DNA of 64,000 bases, from positions 51,090,001-51,154,000 of the forward strand of contig OZ249436.1 in NCBI GenBank assembly GCA_965235115.1, given 5' to 3'. The DNA is from Laetmonice hystrix (Eukaryota). Both the position numbers and the translations under genes were made by a program. The number at the start of each line of letters is the position of its first letter. Within the stretch, counting starts at the first letter, position 1. Shown here one piece after another: positions 15,301 to 27,300 of this stretch. Below the pieces are notes generated by a model. It was not told where the DNA came from. It saw only the letters and a list, made by a program, of their open reading frames with translations, and did not search any database.

Positions 15301-18300
15301 TGCCCCCGTCTGTTGTCAAGGGACGGTCTGCCCCCCGGTCTGTTGTCAAGGGACGGTCTGCCCCCGTCTGTTGTCAAGGGACGGTCTGCCCCCGTCTGTT
15401 GTCAAGGGACGGTCTGCCCCCGTCTGTTGTCAAGGGACGGTCTGCCCCCGTCTGTTGTCAAGGGACGGTCTGCCCTCCGTCTATTGTCATGGGACGGTCT
15501 GCCCCCGTCTGTTGTCAAGGGACGGTCTGCCCCCGTCTGTTGTCAAGGGACGGTCTGCCCCCGTCTGTTGTCAAGGGACGGTCTGCCCTCCGTCTATTGT
15601 CATGGGACGGTCTGCCCCCGTCTGTTGTCAAGGGACGGTCTGCCCCCGTCTGTTGTCAAGGGACGGTCTGCCCCCGTCTGTTGTCAAGGGACGGTCTGCC
15701 CCCGTCTGTTGTCAAGGGACGGTCTGCCCTCCGTCTATTGTCATGGGACGGTCTGCCCCCGTCTGTTGTCAAGGGACGGTCTGCCCCCGTCTGTTGTCAA
15801 GGGACGGTCTGCCCTCCGTCTATTGTCATGGGACGGTCTGCCCCCGTCTGTTGTCAAGGGACGGTCTGCCCCCGTCTGTTGTCAAGGGACGGTCTGCCCT
15901 CCGTCTATTGTCATGGGACGGTCTGCCCCGCCTGTTGTCAAGGGACGGTCTGCCACGTCTGTTGTCAAGGGACGGTCTGCCCCCGTCTGTTGTCAAGGGA
16001 CGGTCTGCCCTCCGTCTATTGTCATGGGACGGTCTGCCCCCGTCTGTTGTCAAGGGACGGTCTGCCCCCGTCTGTTGTCAAGGGACGGTCTGCCCTCCGT
16101 CTATTGTCATGGGACGGTCTGCCCCCGTCTGTTGTCAAGGGACGGTCTGCCCCCGTCTGTTGTCAAGGGACGGTCTGCCCTCCGTCTATTGTCAAGGGAC
16201 GGTCTGCCCCGCCTGTTGTCAAGGGACGGTCTGCCACGTCTGTTGTCAAGGGACGGTCTGCCCCCGTCTGTTGTCATGGGCCGGTCTGCCCCCCGGTCTG
16301 TTGTCAAGGGACGGTCTGCCCCCGTCTGTTGTCATGGGACGGTCTGCCCCCCGTCTGTTGTCATGGGCCGGTCCCCCCCTCCCCCAGTCTACTGTCAATG
16401 GACGGTTTGCCCCCTCCCTCCGTTTCCAGTCCGTATTCGGTCTGCCCCACTGCCTTGACCACTGCATCTGTCAAGCGATGATAAAAGTCCTCATCGCTTG
16501 TAAAATCGCTTGTGTGGACATGACTATTTACCCTGGACTCTCTAGCGTGGCAGAACCAACACAAAGGATACTCGCCAAAAAATATGGGCGATCACACGAC
16601 TGTGAATGGGACTTGGACAATTTCTCTCGCTCTCTTTTTCTATATACTATTTTTTCATTTTGTTCTCTCTCTTTTTTGCACAGCTTAAGAATGTTTAGAA
16701 TGCTTTTCCCCATTGACTTTATACATTATCTCACTCAGTGGATGGTTGAGGGACTGAACGTCACAACCTGTCTGATGGTTTGATAAGTACAACATGGCAG
16801 AATGAATGATCGCTCTCAGACACCATACATTATGGATAGTAAGCTGTAAATGTCGTTATGAATGACGCGCCCTCGCGTCTATTTTAACTGCGTAGTATCT
16901 ATTATTCAGTTCTGTCGAGTAGTTGCGATTGTTTCCAACGTTCAATCACCAAACATGACAGGATTTTCGGGAGATTACTTAAGAGACTGCGTTATTGTCA
17001 AAAACTTTGTGTTCTGAAAATTATGAGAAACCACCGGCATCGCACATTAGATAGAGTTTGCTGTGTGGCGATGGCATGAAACAGCCACAGGTTTCCTGGG
17101 TGATGCCACTGTGGTATGAAGTCCAAGTCGGCGTCAGGGTGACGAAAAAACAGAAAAATAAAAGACCTTCTGGTTGTTGTATAGAATGAGGACGCTGCAG
17201 TTCAATACGGCTTCCAGATGTCATACGGATGTTATGATATCATTGTGAACTCCTATGTATATAATATTCCCACCAAGTATTGTGGTAGGAATATACCCAC
17301 GCCCATCATTACTGGAGGAGCACCATTCCTAATTAACCCGGTCATACTTCGCACTCACAGGAGGAGTCTCTGACCGAATCCTTCATGACCTTCATTGAAT
17401 ACTGCCTGGCCCTGATCAAAAGGCAGAGAGACATCTACCCACCCGCTAACCGAGCCGCACAGAACCGACTCGAGCTCCTGCTCAGGTGAGTAATTCTCAA
17501 ATAAAACGTTTGGTTAACGTTCGTAAAACGTTATGCTGTGAGAAATCCTTAAGAACTACTCGGCGTGTACTTTGGGAGGTGTCAGGGGAAGGTTTTGGTG
17601 TATCCTATGTCGTAATAGGGTATTACCCCCGGTGTCGTAAAATGATGTTAACCCCGGTATCGTAAGGGGATTTTAACCGAATGTGTTGTTTAATTTTACA
17701 TTTTTTGTAGGTGTCTCGTGAAAATTTATGAAATGCGAGTTTTCAAACACTGCTGCCCGTTCCAGAAGGAATTACACTGGGAACTTAGCACAACTCTCAA
17801 GGTAAGAACTGCACATATAAAACATTCGGCGGAAATGACTCTGAGAATGAATTCACTTAGCCAAATCACAGCCCAACATTGAACAACATAACGAACCACT
17901 CTCGTGCACTCATAACGGTTACTCAAGCGCTTCTCAATACTTACCAAAGAAAATGGATGTTTCTTCCATCATATTTTTATGTTCCTTCTTCCTGTTTTTT
18001 TTTGGAAAACTCCCATTACTATGTTTCCGTGAATACGGCCGTTTTCCGAGCGCAGGAAGTGACTTAACGAATGCCGAGAGTCGGTCATGGCAGTGGTTGA
18101 GATTTTATTTTGTGATTGACAGAGGAGCACGAGTGATTGGTACGAAAGACTGCGAGCAGGAACGAAACCCACGACGGATGTAAGTACGACTAGACGTCTC
18201 GGAGTCCTTAACAAAATCATCATAGACATAGTTAAACCTTTTGTTTCCATTCTACTGGCTTCATCGCCTGCATTTTAGGGAAACGCCACTTGCCTTTTTG

Positions 18301-21300
18301 GGAAGGGATATTTATACCGTTATTATCTTGCCAGAATCTTTCAAATCCCTTCAGGTTCATAAAATTACTTTTCACACAGGTCACAGTTTCATATATCTCA
18401 TCTTTTTCCTTTCTTAAAAAAATACAGCATTTTGTATAACGAATAGTTTGAGAATCGCAAGTGTCAGATTATTTTACATTTTTCTTTGTTTGATCCCTTC
18501 GGATTACATTATTATTGGTACTTTTGATCTCACCCTTCCTGTCCCGCCCCTTGCAGTCCGATGATGACATCATCTCGAGCTTGACTGAACTCGTCAATCT
18601 GCTCAACACGACTCTACAGAAAGTGGCCCAGTATTATGACCCGCTCTACTCAAGGTACTTACACTACCACTCGCCCTATAGGGGGCGCCCCTCTATGTTC
18701 TCTATGCTTCTGATTGACAATTAAAGAAGCCTTCAGCATCAGCATAAGAAAGAAGCTAAGCTTTGAGATACCAGACAGAGGGCTGAATGTCACGAACCAT
18801 TCCAAATAAGGTGCTCATTTCAAATAACAACAACCTTGATTATATACTTTCATGTCGATCTAAATTTGAGTCTTTAATTTCAGAATTCTGAACATCAGTA
18901 TTTTTTCAATCATCTACAAGCAGGTTGAGAGAATGGTAAGGATATTTGTGGTTTAATAATCTTACAGAAGAAGACACTGAGCTGGGAGACAATTTCAATT
19001 TATCAGGATGCAAAGATGAGCTCATGTCTTAATAGGTTAATCAGAGATTTCATTACAATTGTAAGAAAATCTTAATACTTATTGATTTCAAATTAAAGTA
19101 ATCTTCTGTTACTTGATCAGCTCGGGCAAGACGTCAACAAGGATATATCGAGGCTGAAATTCCGAGTGGCTCAATTCGAGGAGTCGGATTGCACTAACAT
19201 CTCAGCTCAAGACATGGGAACAAACCTCTTCGACCTTTACTTGACCCTCATGGAATTTTGTAAAATGAGGGAAAACTTAGAATCCTCGTAAGTAATGCTA
19301 TATATCATTATTCCGAGAAGAACGGTAAATGTGTGTCTTGTTAAGCAGCTCTTAAATTAAGTATTGGGGAGCGAGGGTGGCGATATTTCTATTACGCCTG
19401 TTGCGTTACTTAATCTTACCGCCTTTCTTCCCATCGCTTTCTACTCTCTCCGCCTGGAAACGTTCACCGTTATGTAGTCTGTGATGATGTATATTTTGTT
19501 GTTAGATTACGATGTATTTCACCTTGCAGTTTTTATTACAATCTATTTTTCTATATTCTGTCCACTCGCATACAATATAGTGTACATGAATTTTTACCCT
19601 TTGTGCTTCTCTATTTTCATTGAACATATTTTAATTTGCATAGTCAGAGACCTTCTTATTGCTTGAATCCATGTCTCCTGACTTCTAAAGCCCCAGTCAC
19701 ATCTAGTCGTACGAATTTTGGATCGCACGATAGGCAGGGGTAATCGGGGATCGTGAGGTGTCGGGGGCCTGTCGTGGAATCGCTTTACGATTATGAGATA
19801 GTGGTCACACACTAAAGATTAGTTTGCGACCATATTGTCATCCGTTGCACGAATGCTCATAGGATTTCTCGTGGGAATTATCCAGACAAAGCGTGCGATT
19901 ACCTAAAATTACCTACGATTGTCAAGGAATAATCGTAAGAATGGCCAGGTGTACTCGTGCGATAGTCGTGGGAATAACTGTGCAATAGCAACTAGTCGCA
20001 GGGCAAGTTGTGCGATGGTCTTGTGATGACTGTGCGACTGTCACTAGCCACGATAAGGCACGACCACACCCGACCATCGTACGACTATATAAGAACGTAA
20101 AAAATCGTAGACATGTTCACTGTCGTAGACTGGATTTTGAACATGTTCAAAATCCACGCTACGACAAATTTCACCTCCCGACCTCCCACGATCACTCATG
20201 ACCTGTCGCACGAATTTTTTAAGATATACGGCGATTTATTGCGTTTGCTCATCGTAGGTACTCATAAACCCGTCGTAACCCCTCGTATCCCCTAGTGTGA
20301 CTGGGCCTTAAGCTGTCAGTCTGATGTATATAGGCATATAGATTATCTCATCGAAGAAGATTTGGTAACTTTTTACGTTTTATCGCCATTGTCCAGGGAC
20401 CGACATAACCTGACAGTGACCCAGTTTTACGAGTGGTTCCAGAGTCCCATGCAGCGGTGGATCAAGGTCGCCAAGGTCAAGTCCATGAGTCGGATCAAGA
20501 CGGCCGTCGACCTTGACAAGGTAATTAGTTCAAAGGTTGTTTTTGGTTGCATTGTCATTCTTATTTTCATTGGTTGTCTCTTCTTCTCTCTGCTATTATT
20601 CGAACACCTCATGCTGCTTTGACTTTTTCCGATTTGCCCGATAGAAACAATCTGTACATGAAGTAAAGTAGACATAAACAGGCAAGGACGACTGCTAGTG
20701 CTACTGCTAGGAGGAACCCAATTATATCTAGCATGAGGACTTGATACAAAGGTATGTCGACCGGGCGAAGGTGAGCACCACCAAACTGTAGGACGTGGTT
20801 GACCCAGAACACGAACTTCTCCTGTGCGGATGGCATGCTGCGAGTGATGGCTGAACACTTCTTGATGTTCTCCGCATAACTTCCATTGTTCATGATCTCC
20901 GTCATCATTTCAAACAGTTCGTCTGCCGTGACAGTTGTTTTGTCCTTGACCCATTTGCCATACCCGTGTGTCTCAACTCGAATTCCCGAGTATATCTGAT
21001 CGTTAGCAATGGGAATCACCAACATTGGAACGCCGTGGAAGACTGCTTCATTGGCTCCGTTATTTCCGCCATGTGTAATGAATAGCCTCGTTTTGAGATG
21101 ACCCAGAAGGTCATTCTGTGGGACCCAATCCAAGAGAAGGACGTTTTTCGGGGGCGGTGTCGGGTCAGAAAATCTGTACTGGACTATCACACGCTGTGGG
21201 AGACGCTGAAAAGCAGAAAACAATTTGCCCCTCACTATTTGCCACATCTGTTGATAGCCCTCATGAGTTCCTAAAGTCATGACGATAATTCCATGTTCCG

Positions 21301-24300
21301 CTCTTTGTACGAAGTGGTCTATGTCTGTAGGCAGCTCGGCGTGCGGTTGAGGTATACTGCCACCGATAAACTGATAGTTTGGTGCTGACACTCGGGGGTA
21401 ATCTAAGCAGAAGATCTCAACGTTTAACAGGAACATTTCAGAACGTCCCATTATCTCATCGAATGATATCAGTGGTTTACTTGGCGGTATGTATTTTGTC
21501 ATGAGGCGGTGGCTGTGAAGGTAGGAGAGTTCACTGTAAACAGTCTTCATCCACGCCCGAAGATTTTCTAGGCGCTGCCAAAAGTTCATCTTGTTGGTGA
21601 AAGCAGTTTTGATTTCCGGTTCAACAGAAGGCAATCCTGTCACCCCAACCACCCAAGGCACAGTCTGGAACGAGAACATGGAAATAAAAGGGATGTCGTA
21701 CTTGTAAGGAACCATGTAAATGCAGTTGAATACTGAGAGGGCATCCACGACGGCCAGTTCGAAGTGCAGCTCACTGATGGTTGACATGAGCTCAGCATTG
21801 TCCATCATCTCCTCGCAATACTTGGCCGCGATACGCTGCACCGTCAGACTGTATATTTTACTCCCTACGCCCTCACCGCTAGGAGTCTTCTTCATAAGCG
21901 AAGAATAAGTCGGACCGAAGTGAGCCTGCTCCTCATTAATTGGAAACACGAGCGGTTTTAACCAATCTACCTTGAGCAGATGACCAAACTTTTCAATTGT
22001 CATCATCCAGACTTTATGTCCATCATCTGCCAGAGCTTTACCGTGATTGAGATGACTGCTAACGTAGCTATGGTGTGGGTATGGCATGAGTAATATCCTG
22101 GAAGCTTGGGTTCTCTTGACTGACACAGCAATCGTTATTACTGCTAGTATAAGGATTCCATGTCTCAACGCCATGGTGGCTATCTGCCATCTAATCGCCG
22201 ACTACCAGTGTATGGAAACTATTGGTTCTCGGCCTGTAAGGTCAGGCTTAGAGCCCATTACGATTATCTCTTATTGACACTAAAATGACACGAAAGGAAG
22301 ATATAGGTTTTAGGTTAGATAGGGCCTTATCTAACCCAACAACTGAATAATTTATTACCTGCATGAGTAGCCTGCCTCCTACGTCAACAATACAGGTACA
22401 TGTATTATGATTTCAGTGTTTCTTGGCAATTATAAATGTTGGTTTCATTTCCACTGTGCTTCAAATACAACCCGGCAGCTTGATGGCTGTGATGCTCAGC
22501 GATCGGTCGTATGTATACTAAAGTGGCTGTTGTTTTGTGCGTTCTAACATCAGTATCACCAGACAAAATCTAGAAGCAATCGGTAAAGTGCAGTAGATCT
22601 AACCATGTCTGACAAATAATTTCACAGCGCACATTTGTTTGCCACTCCGTCCGTTCCTAAGTGTTTTAGCCCCCCCCCCCCCCCCCCAAAAAAAAAAAAA
22701 AAAAAAAATCTCCCCTACCTTTTTTATGTGGACTTGGCGGTATTATGGAAAATAATTTCTAAAAGTCGCCAACTCTTATTTGAGTCGCTGAAAATGCCCA
22801 AAGCCTACTTGGCTTCCGAGACCCCGGTCAGTTGCCGTGCTCACGTCGGGCCGCCCCCAGCCTAAGACCCCGGGAGTTGTTTTTTACGGTGGCCCAGAAG
22901 TACAAATTTTTCCGCTTCACAGACAATTCCTTCTCTTCACAGTGAAATTCTTCCTCTTCACAGTAAAATGTTTCCGCTTCACAGACAATTCCTTCTCTTC
23001 ACAGCGAAATTCTTCCGCTTCACAGTGAAATTCTTCCTTTTCACAGTGAAATTCTTCCGCTTCACAGTGAAATTCTTTCTCTTCACAGTGAAATTCTTCC
23101 TCTTTACAGTGAAATTCCTTCTCTTCACAGTGAAATTCCTTCTCTTCACAGTGAAATTCCTTCTCTTCACAGACAATTCTTCCGCTTCGCAGTGAAATTC
23201 TTCCTCTTCACAGATTCAGCCAGTTCCTTCGCTACACACTTGAGATCATGCGTTTCACACTGAAATCCTTGTCAGCACAGTACCGTCCGACCGGAAGTAG
23301 TCAGAGTGAGTACCGTAGTGCCACCTGTCGGAACCTGTGGGTAACTGTGGATTGATCGTGGGGTACACGGAGGCCATCCCTTCCCAGTTCACAGCCAGAT
23401 CCCTTATAAGCTCTTATAAAATCCAAGCGCGCCTGCGATCATCATTCTTCGGGATGGAGGATGGTAAACAAAACAAATGGCGTTGCCGTTGGTCTGACTT
23501 TGGACAGTCGCACAATCATGTCCGATCCAAATTTAGCGGAATGAGTGCCACAGTTTGTTTCCATCTCTCGATTGTAGGCCTACAGGTGCTGTTCCCACAC
23601 ATTGAACAGATATACGCATGATGTCAATCAAACACAAACAGAAACACCGCGATTAATAAAAAATACGATTGTCACGAATGCCCATGAATGCCCATGACTT
23701 GGGTTTGTTTATCCCGCTGCTTATGGACCGGAAACATTATTGGTTCATTCTCAGTTTCGAAATGCTACCCGAAATTAGTTTAAGTAGGCCTATTCCTCTA
23801 AAGATGGCGCCACCTGCGTTTTCGAGGACTTTACTGTGAAGAGAAGGAATTGTCTGTGAAGAGAAAGAATTTCACTGTGAAGAGCAGAAGGAATTTCACT
23901 GTGAAGAGGAAGAATTTCACTGTGAAGAGAAGGAATTGTCTGTAAAGAGGAAGAATTTCACTGTGAAGAGAAGGAATTATCTGTAAAGCGGAAGAATTTG
24001 TACTTCTGGGCCACCGTAGTTTTTCATATTTCTCTGCACACGGCTATGCAAATTTTGGTCTGTGCAAATTACAAGCTCTTCTCTCAGTATTCACAGTACA
24101 CGCGCATATTCAATTTGCACTAGCGAAAATAGATTTCGAATATTGCCAGCATTATTCTCGGAAAGATGACGGATATTTTTCACGAATTTTGGAACTACAT
24201 TCGTTGCGGACTGTTACCGAAAGTGTGCTCTACACCACAACAACATAAATTTCTAACGATAGGTGACATGACAAAACGGCGGCATTCATCGTGTTTACGT

Positions 24301-27300
24301 GCACTCGCGCTAGTTTTTGTATTTTTCCCCCACCAACATGCATAATCTCACAACTGTCTACTCGTATAAGGAGACAATGAATATGAAAAAAAAACATTTG
24401 AGTGTCACAAAGTACGGCAGTGGTGAGAAGGTGCGCCTAAATCCGGTCGATCCGGCTGGTGAGACAATCCCTTCAATCCCCGACATCTTTGAGTATCCAT
24501 GCCTTATCTACACATCCATTTTTTGCACAACATCTATAAATCACGTTATCACGTTCACCTGCACTCACGTTAACGGTATTCTTTCTGTACTCTCTGTCAT
24601 TGACCCATCACAGGGAGGCAGTCTGGTTAATTAGAATCATTCAATCAGAATCACGAGTCTCAATACAAATCAATCATACAGATATTATTAGTTTATAATG
24701 TACTTTCAATACGGTTTAACCCCACAGGTCTACGAATTCTTTAAAATACAAATTTCCTAATGAATTCATCGACCCCACAGGACTGGTGCTACAGACAGGT
24801 TCTTAGCATTATGATGCGGATGTTCTTTTTCTTATTTATTATACCACAATAATATATGTCAGTAATTTTGTTATCTACTAAATCAACCTAATAAGGCTGC
24901 CACTTTCGTCAACATAAACGCAAATGATGTAGAACTTAAAGGTAATATGTCACGAATTTCAAATAATACGTCGTGTTTCAGCAAAAATATGTCTGCATTG
25001 CGGTTCTCCGATATGCCCCAAAGGTCCCCTACCTGTTTATGTAGCTTTGGCCGGTATTTTGTAAAAAAAAAAAAAAAATCGCCAATTCTTAATGCGGTCA
25101 CTGAAAATGACACACTTAGATTCCGAGACCCCGGAATTTGCAGCCGGCTGTGTTTTGCACCCTTTTCACACGATCGGCGGATGGGCCATTATAGTCCCCA
25201 AACTAGTCCCTACCGCGCATGCGCGACCTCATTTGTATCAGCCGGCTTATGGTAGGCAGTAGGCAGTAGGCCGCCGTCTGACCTCTGCTGTCATTCGGGA
25301 TTCCCTCGGGCATATGACTTCATATCTGCATATATATACCCTCGGGTGAAATGGGCGCCATTGGCAACCAGATACATGGCGAAATCGACCTGTGTAGCGA
25401 GGCACTGAGTGAACCGTCATATCCCATCGAGCCAGAAAGTAGTGCATTATTAAAACCTGCTTCTTGGCATCGTATGTGCAAATATATATTTTGTGGTATG
25501 AAGGGGAACGTTTGAACTGAAAAAATCAATTACCTAATTTACCTAAATGGGCGTGATACGGTAATTTATCAAATTATGGGAAGCAATATGGCCGCGCCCA
25601 TTAACGACAGCACAACGACAGATGGTACGACTACTTGTAGCATGAACATGATACTCTCGTAATATTGCCCACTGGAGGCCTATTTTAGTTGCTTACATGC
25701 CTGGTGCAGGCAAAATACTGCAAGCACTGCCATGCTGGCGAGAGTCCCAACTAAATGTACCCGAGATGCAATGCTCAAAATGGCGCCTATTTCACCCGAG
25801 GCTACTTTCGAAGATATGGCCGAGGATTCCCGAATGCTCTGCTGTTGGAGAATGTATAGTCCTGTGTTTACATCTCGAGTAATCACAGCGAGAGTCACGT
25901 GATCATAGGACCCGTTCAAACGATTCGCGGCAGCCAAGGGGGGCCAAAATGGCGGATTCATTGCACTTTGCGGACACTGCAGCTAGTTTTATTCATTTTT
26001 CTACATTAGGGAGAATTTCACAGCTGTCTACTCGCAGTATGTGTTAACAGAATCAATATGAAAAACAATCAGTGCCGCAAAGTACATCAGTGGTGAGCAG
26101 GTAAGCAGAAAACTGAAGATTTCGGTCGATACCCCCCGTGACATATTTCCTTTAAGCCAGGAACCCATATGTGTCTGTATTGCGTAGTGTCTTGTACGTT
26201 GCGTAGCCTATTCGTTGATCAACACAATCACATGTCATGGGTTTTTATTGTGTTTAGGCCTACTTCTAATCGTGCCCTTATCAGTGTCCGCACGTGAGAA
26301 GGCGACATCCAGCGTCCTCGAAAAAATGATATTCATGCGAGTGTACCCTCAATCTCAGGACGAACGTTATACCTAACAATTCTGACATTTTGACATTTAA
26401 AGGCCCACTGTACCTATACTTTGAACACCGTGTTGGCCCGGTGGACATAGTTCCCCACATGAGTTCCCGAAAAATGAATTGTATAGGCGCAACTACAACT
26501 AGGCCGCATAGTAAATAATATTACGTGCATTATTTGAAACAACTAACTCATATGTTTAGTGGGATATCAGTATAGGTTCTTATAAATGAGCGGAATATAT
26601 ATATATAGGTTATGAAACCAACTTGCGGCCGATATCCAGGGGGCGCCACTCTCTTCGACAAGTATAGACTCTACCGTGGGCCTTTAAAATAATTAATAGT
26701 TTGAATGTCAAGAATCTTTTAAATCCGGGGCGGCCGGGGGCCCATTCTCAATAACGGCTCTTGGATTTTGATGTTTTTCACGTGTTTTTCGTGATGACCC
26801 AGAAAACCCGGGCCGCGCGGTCATCGCATCAAGGTGGCTCGTTGTCGAGGCAATCCCGGCAAATTACACCCACCATCGTTCAGTAAATATTACGATGAAG
26901 ACTTGCCAGGCGTCGAGTTTAACATGTTTTGCGACTATACAGCAAGTTTGAGGCATTGATCTTGTGTCACAGTGGCGAAATGTCGGAAAGTCCCCTTGTC
27001 TTGGTCACGAGTAAACACCCAAATTACACCACTCGTAAACAATGGATAACTTCGCTCAGAAAATAGTTCCACTATCCTTTAATAGTTCCTTCCGTATTTG
27101 GGTTATATCTGAATTGTAAATAAATTTGTTGGACTCCTTAGACCTTTTTCTATTCAGATAGGGTAGCTAGGTATTCCCATAAGTAGTAATTAAGAAAGTG
27201 AGCAACAGTTTGATATGTGAGGAATCAGCGCGTAAAAAGGCAGTGATGGCAGAGACTGAAGCTACGCGCAATGTCTCATGGGAGATTGGTGACGATGGCG

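Noticed and set aside
14957..16783. Long ORFs (608, 484, 473 aa) in all three + frames
   Set aside because: Artefact of a stop-free 28-bp tandem unit cycling through frames inside an intron.
20427..20858. 143-aa minus ORF overlapping the UGT end, also in copies 2 and 3
   Set aside because: Alternative-frame shadow whose length varies between copies (143/109/155 aa); no recognisable domain.
20609..22174. Horizontal transfer or viral (egt-like) origin of the intronless UGT
   Set aside because: Signal peptide, C-terminal TM helix and KxKxx motif are typical of animal ER UGTs; nothing here supports a foreign origin.
22968..23195. FTVKFFL-repeat ORF
   Set aside because: Subterminal repeats of a non-autonomous transposon.
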